From assembly GCA_038042445.1 (NCBI GenBank), contig JBBTED010000014.1, forward strand, positions 1 to 13,462: a stretch of 13,462 nucleotides of DNA. Direction: 5' to 3'. Every line of letters starts with the position of its first letter. Positions within the stretch are counted from its first letter, which is position 1. Below the pieces are notes generated by a model that saw only the letters and a list, made by a program, of their open reading frames with translations, did not search any database and was not told where the DNA came from. The DNA comes from Candidatus Firestoneibacteriota bacterium. GTDB lineage: Bacteria; Oederibacteriota; D2-FULL-39-29; JBBTED01. Shown here one piece after another: positions 1 through 8,451 of this stretch. The position numbers and the translations under genes are program-made.

Positions 1-52
1 TGATTTTAAAGAACTTATACCATTTCCTAACGAAATTTTGGGGAAACTCCAC
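1..52. mobile_element. End of a repeated element (probable IS/MITE terminus), left copy, running off the window
   Basis: Bases 1-52 are the reverse complement of 13408-13459 with one mismatch (position 44). Similarity stops abruptly at ...AACTCCAC in both copies. No transposase lies in the window, so the family is unassigned. Confidence 0.7.
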
Positions 53-86
53 TATGTTACGTAGAGTCTCCCCTTTAAAAAAAAAG

Positions 87-115
87 ACTGGATTCCCACT
101 TTCGTGGGAATGACA
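87..115. repeat. dRS3-like extragenic palindrome (ATTCCC-N8-GGGAAT), copy 1; may also act as the uvrA terminator
   Basis: ACTGGATTCCCACTTTCGTGGGAATGACA, with a near-identical copy at 2975-3003. It lies 13 bp past the uvrA stop and is followed by a T9 run on the minus strand. Confidence 0.8.
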
Positions 116-128
116 ATTCATATATTAA

Positions 129-2924
129 TCAGCTAAGGACTTTTTTTAGGAAGTGGCCTGTGGAGGAGGATTTGATTTTGACTAATTCTTCGGGGGGGGC
201 ACTTGCAAGAATATATCCACCTTTTTCTCCACCTTCGGGACCTAAATCAATTATGTAGTCAGCGGTTTTTATTACATCTAAATTATGTTCGATAACCAAA
301 ACAGTGTTACCGGCATTAACTAATCTGTTTAAAACATCTAATAATTTTTGTATGTCTGCAAAATGCAAACCTGTAGTTGGCTCATCAAGTATATAAAATG
401 TTCTTCCTGTGCTTCTTTTGGCTAACTCAGTAGAAAGTTTCACCCTCTGGGCTTCACCACCAGAAAGTGTGTTAGCAGGCTGACCTAATTTCACATAGCC
501 CAAGCCAACGTCGTATAATGTCTGAAGTATCTTTTTTATTTTTGGAATATTTGTAAAAAACTCAACTGCTTCTGTTACTATCATATCTAAAACTTCTGAT
601 ATGTTTTTCCCTTTATATTTTACTTCCAAGCTTTCAGAATTGTATCTTTTGCCTTTGCATACATCACATTGAACATAAACATCAGGCAAAAAATGCATTT
701 CAATTTTTATAACACCTTCACCCTGACAAGCTTCACATCTTCCACCTTTAACATTAAAACTAAATCTACCAGGTTTATATCCACGAATTTTTGCTTCTTG
801 CGTTATAGAAAACAATTCACGTATATATGTAAAAACACCTGTATAAGTAACTGGATTAGAACGCGGTGTTCTTCCTATTGGAGACTGGTCTATATTTATT
901 ACTTTATCTATTTCCTCTGTCCCAATTATATTTTTAAATCCTGTTGGCATATGATATGAATAATAAACTTTATGTATTAATGCGGGATATAATGTCTCGC
1001 CTATAAGTGAACTTTTACCTGAACCAGACACTCCTGTAACACAAGTAAATGTGCCAAGAGGAATTCTAACATTAATATTTTTTAAATTATTGGTCGTTAC
1101 ACCAAAAATTTCAATAAATTTGCCATTACCTATTCTTCTTTTTGTCGGAACAGGAATTTTTTTCTTGCCGGACAAATACTGGCCTGTTATAGAATACGGA
1201 CATTTTATTATTTCCTTTGGTGTCCCTGCTATTACAACTTTACCACCATCAGCTCCGGCACCTGGACCTAAATCAACTATATAATCTGCAGTGAGCATTG
1301 TTTCTTCATCATGCTCAACTACAATAACAGTATTACCTAATTCCTGTAGTTGCTTTAAAGTATTGATTAACTTTTGATTGTCCCGTTGATGCAAACCAAT
1401 ACTTGGCTCATCAAGTATATAAAGCACTCCAACAAGTGAAGACCCTATTTGTGTTGCAAGATGAATTCTTTCAGCTTCACCGCCTGACAAAGTTCCTGCA
1501 GAACGTTCTAAGGTTAAATAATCCAATCCAACATTCATTAAAAACTGCAACCGGGATTTTACTTCTTTTAAAATTTGATGAGAAATAATCTTTTCTTTTT
1601 CTGTCCATTTCATAGCATTAAAAAACTCAATACAACCCTTAATAGACATTTTAGTAATTTCAGAAATTGATTTATTTCCTACTTTAACAGCAAGACTCTC
1701 CGGTTTTAATCTTGCGCCATTGCAAGCAGAACACTCTTTAAATTTCATATACTGGCTGATTATATCATCTCTTATATATTCAGATTCTGTTTCAGTAAAT
1801 CGCCTCATTAAATTTGGCACAATTCCTTCATATCTTCCTTCATACGATGAATCAGGTCCATACAAAACTATATCCTGATATTTTTTGGGTAACTTAGAAA
1901 ACACAGTATCCATACTAAAACTATAATGAGCTGCCACATCCTCAAGAAGAGAGTGATAATACGGAGATGCTGCTGTAGCATACCATGGAACAAGCGCGCC
2001 TTCATTTAAGGATAAATTCTTATTTGGAATTACTAAATCAGTGTCTATCTCCATTTTATGGCCAAGCCCAGTGCAAACAGAACAAGCGCCATAAGGATTA
2101 TTAAAAGAAAACATACGAGGAGCTAATTCAGAAAAACTTATACCACATTGTATACACGCAAAATGCTCGCTAAATAAAATTTCTTTAGGTTTTGTATTTT
2201 TTCCATCTTCTATAACTATTACTGAAATTATTCCTTTACCTAATTTTAATGCAGATTCAACTGAATTCGCCAGACGTTTTCGTATATCTTTCTTTACTGT
2301 TAATCTGTCAACCACAACTTCAATAGTATGTTTTCTGTTTTTATCAAGTTTAATTTCATCGGCAATATCTTTTATTTCACCATTAACTCGGACACGAACA
2401 TAACCTTCTTTTTTTATCTCATCAAAAGTTTTTTTATATTCGCCTTTTCTCCCCTGAATAAGCGGCGCAAGTATCTGGATTTTGCTATCTTCTTTAAGAG
2501 AAAGTATTTGTTCAATAATCTGCTGGCTTGTCTGACGCACTATTTTTTTTCCACATTTATAACAATGTGGTATTCCTATGCGGGCAAATAAAAGACGCAG
2601 GTAATCGTATATTTCAGTTATGGTTCCTACAGTAGAACGTGGATTTCTGGAATGTTGTTTTTGCTCTATGGCTATAGCAGGAGAAAGGCCTTCTATATAA
2701 TCAACATCTGGTTTTTCCATCTGGCCAAGGAATTGTCTGGCATAAGCTGAAAGTGATTCTACATATCGTCTCTGGCCCTCAGCGTAAATTGTGTCAAATG
2801 CAAGCGAAGATTTTCCTGAACCGGAAAGACCTGTTATGACTACAAGTTTATTGCGCGGTATTTCTAAATCAATATTTTTTAAATTATGTTCCCGCGCGCC
2901 TTTTATAATTATTTTATTTTGCAT
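129..2924 (-). CDS. uvrA: Excinuclease ABC subunit A
   Basis: N-terminus [13 protein letters not shown], two Walker A motifs ([16 protein letters not shown]), two LSGGE signatures, two YILDEP Walker B motifs and CxxC zinc modules. Start moved from TTG 2957 to ATG 2924 to match the usual UvrA N-terminus. Confidence 0.98.
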   Translation of the reverse strand: MQNKIIIKGAREHNLKNIDLEIPRNKLVVITGLSGSGKSSLAFDTIYAEGQRRYVESLSAYARQFLGQMEKPDVDYIEGLSPAIAIEQKQHSRNPRSTVGTITEIYDYLRLLFARIGIPHCYKCGKKIVRQTSQQIIEQILSLKEDSKIQILAPLIQGRKGEYKKTFDEIKKEGYVRVRVNGEIKDIADEIKLDKNRKHTIEVVVDRLTVKKDIRKRLANSVESALKLGKGIISVIVIEDGKNTKPKEILFSEHFACIQCGISFSELAPRMFSFNNPYGACSVCTGLGHKMEIDTDLVIPNKNLSLNEGALVPWYATAASPYYHSLLEDVAAHYSFSMDTVFSKLPKKYQDIVLYGPDSSYEGRYEGIVPNLMRRFTETESEYIRDDIISQYMKFKECSACNGARLKPESLAVKVGNKSISEITKMSIKGCIEFFNAMKWTEKEKIISHQILKEVKSRLQFLMNVGLDYLTLERSAGTLSGGEAERIHLATQIGSSLVGVLYILDEPSIGLHQRDNQKLINTLKQLQELGNTVIVVEHDEETMLTADYIVDLGPGAGADGGKVVIAGTPKEIIKCPYSITGQYLSGKKKIPVPTKRRIGNGKFIEIFGVTTNNLKNINVRIPLGTFTCVTGVSGSGKSSLIGETLYPALIHKVYYSYHMPTGFKNIIGTEEIDKVINIDQSPIGRTPRSNPVTYTGVFTYIRELFSITQEAKIRGYKPGRFSFNVKGGRCEACQGEGVIKIEMHFLPDVYVQCDVCKGKRYNSESLEVKYKGKNISEVLDMIVTEAVEFFTNIPKIKKILQTLYDVGLGYVKLGQPANTLSGGEAQRVKLSTELAKRSTGRTFYILDEPTTGLHFADIQKLLDVLNRLVNAGNTVLVIEHNLDVIKTADYIIDLGPEGGEKGGYILASAPPEELVKIKSSSTGHFLKKVLS

Positions 2925-2974
2925 AAATACTGAAAAAAAACGCTGATAAATCAGCAACTACATATTTTAAAGAT

Positions 2975-3003
2975 ACTGGATTCCCGCTTTCGCGGGAATG
3001 ACA
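2975..3003. repeat. dRS3-like extragenic palindrome, copy 2
   Basis: ACTGGATTCCCGCTTTCGCGGGAATGACA. It differs from copy 1 by a compensatory A-T to G-C pair in the stem. Confidence 0.8.
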
Positions 3004-3019
3004 CAATCGCAATGACTTA

Positions 3020-3820
3020 TTATGTTCCGATTTTGATTGGGTCTATGATTCTTTTAAAAGTGGCTACTGCAGAAAGAGCAGCTAAATAACTTGTTTTAGG
3101 ATTTACAGGTGATGGAACATTTTCAGTTCGAGAAATCATACGCCCAAATTCACCCTCTACAACTATTTCATGTATATTTATTTTTATAGATGGGTCAGCT
3201 ATTATTGTCACAATAGTTTTATCCAAACCAGAACCCGCAAGACTCAGTGCTACTGACACATTGATATTTGCAGGAAATCCCTCTATTGCCTCTCTGGCAT
3301 TGCCAGTAAATATTACTGTTTCTTTGGTTATTTTTGTTATATCTATTTTGTTTTTAACAAGATAAGGTGCGCCAATTAATGCAATTGGTGGCTTACGAGT
3401 TGTTAAAGTAATTGAATAAACTTTTCCTGCTATTGCTGATTTTACTCCATCCAAACCAGTTACAGCACCGGATGGCAAATATATACAACAGTTTTTCTCC
3501 TTTGCAAGTTCTAAAATATCAAGATGCTCCACCAAGCCACCACAACTCATTAGCATTATATCTTTGTTTTGATTTAACGCTTTTGTTGCAATTTCATACA
3601 CTACATTTTTATCTGCACATTCCACAATAAGGTCAGCTAAAGAAACAGCTTCATCTATATTAGTGATTTTAGGTGAAACTTTTAATAATTTCACAAGTTT
3701 TTCTGCTTTTTTCTTGTCCTTATCCACAAGAGCAACTAATTCAACTTTTAAATTACTTGTATCTATCGCACGACAAATTTCAGTTCCTATTGCTCCACAA
3801 CCAATCATACTTATTTTCAC
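3020..3820 (-). CDS. nadX: L-aspartate dehydrogenase (NAD biosynthesis)
   Basis: Rossmann GCGAIG, VECA, SGAVTGLD, TRKPP, FPANINV, HEI and NPKTSYLAALS motifs. GTG start. Confidence 0.93.
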   Translation of the reverse strand: MKISMIGCGAIGTEICRAIDTSNLKVELVALVDKDKKKAEKLVKLLKVSPKITNIDEAVSLADLIVECADKNVVYEIATKALNQNKDIMLMSCGGLVEHLDILELAKEKNCCIYLPSGAVTGLDGVKSAIAGKVYSITLTTRKPPIALIGAPYLVKNKIDITKITKETVIFTGNAREAIEGFPANINVSVALSLAGSGLDKTIVTIIADPSIKINIHEIVVEGEFGRMISRTENVPSPVNPKTSYLAALSAVATFKRIIDPIKIGT

Positions 3821-3828
3821 CTAAAAAT

Positions 3829-3864
3829 CCCCCTCACCCTACCCTCTCCCACAAGGAGAGAGGG
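3829..3864. repeat. Extragenic CCCCTCACCC-type hairpin repeat
   Basis: CCCCCTCACCCTACCCTCTCCCACAAGGAGAGAGGG: a GC-rich purine/pyrimidine-asymmetric hairpin in an AT-rich spacer. It resembles a widespread bacterial intergenic repeat; single copy in the window. Confidence 0.6.
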
Positions 3865-3880
3865 TTCCTATAAGATATTT

Positions 3881-4240
3881 TTATTTCTTTTTATTAGTTA
3901 TCTTGTTTTTATCATTCACAAAAACTATTACCGGCTTATGCTTTTTTATTTCTTCTTCATTAAATAATGCGTATGAAATTATAATAACCTTATCTCCTGC
4001 CTGACCCAATCTGGCTGCAGGGCCATTTAAGCAAACTACACCTGAATTTTTCTTTGCAGGAATAACATACGTCTCAATTCTATCACCAGTTGAAAGATTT
4101 AATATGTGCACGTTTTCATAAGGCAGCATATTACTTGCTTCCATTAGTTTCCCATCTAAAGATAAACTGCCAACATAATTCAAATTTGCCTCTGTTACTG
4201 TAACCCTGTGAATCTTAGATTTACACATTATTCTAAACAT
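3881..4240 (-). CDS. panD: Aspartate 1-decarboxylase proenzyme
   Basis: KSKIHRVTVT, autocleavage site G24-S25 (NYVGS) when counted from ATG 4240, ETYVI and LNGPAAR. GAGGG RBS upstream. Confidence 0.97.
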   Translation of the reverse strand: MFRIMCKSKIHRVTVTEANLNYVGSLSLDGKLMEASNMLPYENVHILNLSTGDRIETYVIPAKKNSGVVCLNGPAARLGQAGDKVIIISYALFNEEEIKKHKPVIVFVNDKNKITNKKK

Positions 4241-4275
4241 ATACAACCCTCGCTTTTTTTGAATTTTATAAATTA

Positions 4276-4336
4276 TAATCGTAGGGGCAGGTTTACCTGC
4301 CCAATAAACGGGCGAGTAAACTCGCCCCTACGATTA
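4276..4336. repeat. GTAG-family REP doublet (REPIN-like)
   Basis: Two inverted REPs, GTAGGGGCAGGTTTACCTGCCC (+) and GTAGGGGCGAGTTTACTCGCCC (-), each a hairpin after a GTAG tetranucleotide. Outer 13-bp inverted repeat at 4276-4288 and 4324-4336. Confidence 0.8.
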
Positions 4337-4942
4337 CGCCATTTTTACTACTATGTCGCTTATAATATTGGCTGCTTCGTCGCATCTGTCTGCAGCATTT
4401 GATAAATGCCTGTAAATTTCTCTCATTTTAAGCATATAAATTATATCTTTTCCTTTGAACAATTCCAAAATTGCCTGTCTGTATATATGCTCCATCTGAT
4501 TTTCAAAATTTTTTGCCCTTACTGCATGTTCCATTGAAATATTAGGATTGTTTTTTAATCTTAACACACTATTATTTACTTCTTTTGTTCCAGACAAAAG
4601 AATTTCTGACATAGCAACAAGATGTTCAGTTGGATTAACCTGAAGAACAACCATTTCATCTACTGTGGTTTTTCCGTAATCAACAATATCATCTATAACT
4701 CTTGAAAGACCAAATATATCCTCTCTATCCATTGGTGTAGCAAATGTTTTATTCAACTCATCAATTAAAATTCGCCTTGCTTCATCTGCATGACCTTCAA
4801 TATCTTTTATTTTATTTGCAGAAGCATCTGTAGGATTTTTAAAATACACCTGCAACTCCTCTATCCCCTGAGTAGTAAGAGCTGACTGTTTTGAAAGAAG
4901 CTCAAAAAAATCAACAGTATCTTTTCTAAAAAGCTTAAACAT
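4334..4942 (-). CDS. DUF47 family phosphate transport regulator (PhoU-like)
   Basis: IKDIEGHAD, LNKTFATPMDREDI, DDIVD and REIYRHLSNAADRC motifs; adjacent to a Pit transporter. Confidence 0.92.
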   Translation of the reverse strand: MFKLFRKDTVDFFELLSKQSALTTQGIEELQVYFKNPTDASANKIKDIEGHADEARRILIDELNKTFATPMDREDIFGLSRVIDDIVDYGKTTVDEMVVLQVNPTEHLVAMSEILLSGTKEVNNSVLRLKNNPNISMEHAVRAKNFENQMEHIYRQAILELFKGKDIIYMLKMREIYRHLSNAADRCDEAANIISDIVVKMA

Positions 4943-4959
4943 AAATTACCCTCCTTTAA

Positions 4960-4992
4960 CTCCCCTAGCCCCTCTTTGTAAAAAAGAGGGGA
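4960..4992. repeat. Extragenic CCCCTAGCCCCTCTT-type hairpin repeat
   Basis: CTCCCCTAGCCCCTCTTTGTAAAAAAGAGGGGA with stem CCCCTCTTT/AAAGAGGGG. Same architecture as the 3829-3864 element. Confidence 0.55.
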
Positions 4993-4994
4993 AA

Positions 4995-5981
4995 TTAATT
5001 TAAAACATAATTAATAAGCAGATAAACTAATGCTGATATAAGTGCAGATATAGGTAATGTTATAACCCATGCTGTAATTATATCATTAACAACAAGCCAA
5101 CGAACTTTTGAAGGGGATACTCCCGTACCAACACCTATAATAGAAGAACTTACTACATGGGTTGTACTAACAGGACCTCCTATAAGAGCTGCACTTAATA
5201 TAACCGCACTTGAAGCCAACTGGGCATTAAAACCATCTATTGGCCGTATCCTGAATATTTTATTGCCAACAGTTTTAATTATACGCCATCCACCTGATGC
5301 AATTCCAAGAGCCATACATAAAGCACAAACAAGTATAACCCAAATAGGAACTACAAAAACTGTCTGGAACCCTAATATCACAAGTGACATTGTAATTATA
5401 CCCATAGTTTTTTGTGCATCATTAGCACCATGAGAAAGTGCAAGTGCTATAGAACTTATTATCTGTGATTTTTTAAACACCTCATTTATATGAGGTGTTG
5501 CATTTCTGGTAAAATGCATAGTAATTTTTGTTATTAAAAATCCGAAGAATGCACCAATTAAAGGAGATGTAAAAAGCACCAGTACGATTTTCAACACACC
5601 TCCTGAATGTATTTTATCTATACCTGCACTTATTGCCACACTACCTATTAAACCACCTATTAATGCATGAGACGAACTTGATGGAATACCAAAATGCCAT
5701 GTAATAAGATTCCATATAATTGCTCCTATTAATGCAGAAAAAATTACTGATATATTTATAATTTTTAAATCAACTATGCCGCTTCCAATAGTTGTTGCAA
5801 CTGCAGTGCCAAATATAAATGGCCCTAAAAATTCTGCTATTGCTGCCAATAAAAGCGCTTTACGTGGAGACATTGCTCTGGAATTTATAATAGTAGCAAC
5901 AATATTACTGCTATCGTTAAATCCATTTACAAATTCAAATACCAAAGCAATACCTATTAAAATTACAGCAGTAGTTAGCAT
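4995..5981 (-). CDS. pit: Inorganic phosphate transporter, PiT family
   Basis: NGFNDSSN and HGANDAQK signatures, PSSSSHA and PVSTTH motifs, many hydrophobic helices. GGAG RBS. Confidence 0.95.
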   Translation of the reverse strand: MLTTAVILIGIALVFEFVNGFNDSSNIVATIINSRAMSPRKALLLAAIAEFLGPFIFGTAVATTIGSGIVDLKIINISVIFSALIGAIIWNLITWHFGIPSSSSHALIGGLIGSVAISAGIDKIHSGGVLKIVLVLFTSPLIGAFFGFLITKITMHFTRNATPHINEVFKKSQIISSIALALSHGANDAQKTMGIITMSLVILGFQTVFVVPIWVILVCALCMALGIASGGWRIIKTVGNKIFRIRPIDGFNAQLASSAVILSAALIGGPVSTTHVVSSSIIGVGTGVSPSKVRWLVVNDIITAWVITLPISALISALVYLLINYVLN

Positions 5982-6505
5982 TTCATCTCCTTCAACAAAA
6001 GCAATCCGATTATAGTTTTAGAATCAATTATCCTTCCACTTCTGAGCATTTTAAATGCAGATTTTAAACTCATTTCCTCCATTTCAACAAATTCATCTAC
6101 ATCTAAATTTTGGCTTGAAAGTTTTGTCAAACCAGTTGCCAAAAATAAATGCATTAGCTCTGAGCAAAAACCAGGAGCAGTATAAAAAGTAATAAGTTTT
6201 TTAAATAATTTTGCTCTATATCCTGTCTCCTCTGTTAATTCCCTTTTAGCGCATAAAAGTGGATTTTCACCTTTATGAAGTGTACCTGCTGGAAATTCAA
6301 ATGTCAATTTTTGAATTGCATATCTATACTGTTTTACCAATACCACCTGATACTTATTTAAAAGTGGTATTATAGTAACTGCACCGGGATGTTGAACTAC
6401 TTCCCGTGTAGATTTATTTCCATCAGGAAGTTTCACATCATCAACAAAAAAATTTAAAATCCTGCCTTTATATATTGTGTTTCTTTTTACAAGTTTCTCT
6501 TTCAT
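5975..6505 (-). CDS. nudF: NUDIX hydrolase, ADP-ribose pyrophosphatase-like
   Basis: Nudix box PAGTLHKGENPLLCAKRELTEETGY, plus REVVQHPGAV, QYRY, APGFCSE and IIDSKT. Confidence 0.88.
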   Translation of the reverse strand: MKEKLVKRNTIYKGRILNFFVDDVKLPDGNKSTREVVQHPGAVTIIPLLNKYQVVLVKQYRYAIQKLTFEFPAGTLHKGENPLLCAKRELTEETGYRAKLFKKLITFYTAPGFCSELMHLFLATGLTKLSSQNLDVDEFVEMEEMSLKSAFKMLRSGRIIDSKTIIGLLLLKEMKC

Positions 6506-6508
6506 ATA

Positions 6509-7033
6509 TTAGTATTTTACCAAAGAAAATATATCGTATTTGGAAAGCCTATCTTTTCCTTTCAAAAATTCAAGTTCAATAATAAATCCCATTCCTACAA
6601 CTACCCCTTTTGCCTGCTCAATTAATTGGGCAACTGCTTTTGCTGTTCCACCAGTTGCCAATAAATCATCAAGAATTAAAACTTTGTCTCCTGGCTTTAT
6701 TGCATCAATATGCATTTCTAAAATATCTGTGCCATATTCCAATGAATATTCAACACGCATTGTCTTGTAAGGAAGTTTTCCTTTTTTGCGAATTGGTATA
6801 AATGGCTTCTCCATTTCATAAGCAGCAACTGCTGCAGTTATAAAACCACGAGCTTCCATTCCCACTATTTTATCTATACTTTTTTTATTGTAATGCTCAA
6901 GTATAGTTTTCATTCCACGTTTAAAAAGTTTACCATCTTCTAACAACGGAGTAATATCTTTGAACATTATTCCCTTTTTTGGAAAATCCGGCACATCACG
7001 AATTACTGCTTTTACATCATCTGCTATAGACAT
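6509..7033 (-). CDS. apt: Adenine phosphoribosyltransferase
   Basis: PDFPKKGIMFKDITPLL, EARGF, RKKGKLP, YSLEYG and PRPP-binding DDLLATGGT. GGAGGAG RBS. Confidence 0.98.
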   Translation of the reverse strand: MSIADDVKAVIRDVPDFPKKGIMFKDITPLLEDGKLFKRGMKTILEHYNKKSIDKIVGMEARGFITAAVAAYEMEKPFIPIRKKGKLPYKTMRVEYSLEYGTDILEMHIDAIKPGDKVLILDDLLATGGTAKAVAQLIEQAKGVVVGMGFIIELEFLKGKDRLSKYDIFSLVKY

Positions 7034-7056
7034 ATCATCTCCTCCTCTTCACTTCA

Positions 7057-7194
7057 TTATAAAGCTTTTTTAATTTTATTTCTATTATATATTTTAGCGC
7101 TTGGCTTTATCTTTGTAACAGGCTTTCTCATCCATATATTTCTAACCTTTATTTTTGATGGAATACGAAACATAAGATTACTTTTTTTAGCCAT
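7057..7194 (-). CDS. Small basic hypothetical protein (45 aa), absent from the ORF track
   Basis: Hand translation MAKKSNLMFRIPSKIKVRNIWMRKPVTKIKPSAKIYNRNKIKKAL*. It fills most of the gap between the deaminase and apt in the same orientation. No clear RBS. Confidence 0.6.
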   Translation of the reverse strand: MAKKSNLMFRIPSKIKVRNIWMRKPVTKIKPSAKIYNRNKIKKAL

Positions 7195-7204
7195 AGCTTT
7201 TGCA

Positions 7205-7243
7205 TATCAAACATCAAAACTAAAATATCAAATACAATCAAAA
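7205..7243. repeat. Short degenerate heptamer tandem repeat
   Basis: TATCAAA CATCAAA ACTAAAA TATCAAA followed by another ATCAAAA, just downstream of the deaminase stop. Confidence 0.5.
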
Positions 7244-7249
7244 CCCATA

Positions 7250-7747
7250 TCATTCCAATACATTTACAGTTAAATTTGGTTTAGGTATCTTGATAAATTT
7301 AATACCTACTTCTTTGAATAATTCTTTAAATGATTTATCTGCATAATCAGTACAAGTTATATATTTAGTTATTTTGGAATTAGCAATCATTTTGGCACAC
7401 AAAATACAAGGCGAATGTGTGCAATAAATTATTGCACCCTCAAGTTTTATACCATGTAAACCCGCCTGAATTATGGCGTTTTGTTCTGCATGAACTGCGC
7501 GACATATTTCATGCCTTGTTCCAGATGGTATACCAAGCTCATCACGAAGACAACCAAGTTCAAGGCAATCTTTTGTGCCTGAAACTGCGCCATTATACCC
7601 TGTTGTCAAAATTCTTTTATCACGAACTATGACAGTACCTATATGATGTCTTAAACAAGTAGACCTTTCTGCAACAAGAAACGCCATTTTCATAAAATAC
7701 TCATCCCATGTTGGCCTAACAGTTATTTTGTATTTTCTTTTATCCAT
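7250..7747 (-). CDS. Deoxycytidylate (dCMP) deaminase, ComEB/Dcd-like
   Basis: RPTWDEYFM, RSTC, TGYNG, HAEQNAI and PCILCAK zinc-deaminase motifs. Confidence 0.93.
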   Translation of the reverse strand: MDKRKYKITVRPTWDEYFMKMAFLVAERSTCLRHHIGTVIVRDKRILTTGYNGAVSGTKDCLELGCLRDELGIPSGTRHEICRAVHAEQNAIIQAGLHGIKLEGAIIYCTHSPCILCAKMIANSKITKYITCTDYADKSFKELFKEVGIKFIKIPKPNLTVNVLE

Positions 7748-8286
7748 TTTAAAAACCCGTCTGTTTTTTTATGCAACATTAATTTTGTTTTATTATTAAT
7801 TATGATTTTATCAGCAAGCCCTATACATTTTTTTAATTGCTGGCTTGATGGATTATTCGAATTCTCCAATTTTTCATTTCTGACAAAACCCTTTAGTGTC
7901 CCTTTATCGTCAATACGCTTCCTTTTAAGTATCCTGCTATATCTTATTTTAACAGACGCATCTATTGCAAGCAAAGAAAAATCTGAGATTTTTCTTAAGA
8001 TTTCAACTTCTTTTGGATTTCTGATACTATCCACAACAATATCAGCATTTCCCCTGAGCTTTTTGATTTTACTTATAATTCTTTGTGCAAGTATACCAGC
8101 TCCATATCTTATCCGCAACTCATTGCCAACCCTGATAAAATTTTCTCTTGTGTGTTCTAATTTGCGTTTTGCTGTTTCTTCTCTTACAATATCAGAAAGT
8201 GAAAAATATTTAAATTTCTTCTTCTTTAAATACTTAGCAACTTCGCCTTTCCCCGCCCCATTAGTTCCAGTAAGCCCAATTATCAT
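7723..8286 (-). CDS. P-loop nucleotide kinase-like protein (dephospho-CoA/NMP kinase fold)
   Basis: N-terminal IIGLTGTNGAGKG Walker A, SLSDIVRE, VVDSIRNPKE, RxxRxxxRxR lid and ADKIIINN. Confidence 0.85.
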   Translation of the reverse strand: MIIGLTGTNGAGKGEVAKYLKKKKFKYFSLSDIVREETAKRKLEHTRENFIRVGNELRIRYGAGILAQRIISKIKKLRGNADIVVDSIRNPKEVEILRKISDFSLLAIDASVKIRYSRILKRKRIDDKGTLKGFVRNEKLENSNNPSSQQLKKCIGLADKIIINNKTKLMLHKKTDGFLKWIKENTK

Positions 8287-8451
8287 ATTTTACATATAAA
8301 ATTCAAGGATAGAAATTTTGATTAATAGTTTTGGTTCCTATTTTTTTACTTTTATATATTAACTATTGGACATTTTCTTGTTCGCTTATTTCTATTTTTA
8401 ATGGTAAAAAACTACTCCGCAAACACACTATTAGATAACGCATTGCATAGA

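Noticed and set aside
2925..2957. N-terminal extension of uvrA from TTG 2957
   Set aside because: The family N-terminus starts at ATG 2924, and the extension runs through a hairpin and T-tract.
2925..3019. Canonical LexA box upstream of uvrA
   Set aside because: Neither CTGT-N8-ACAG nor GAAC-N4-GTTC is present.
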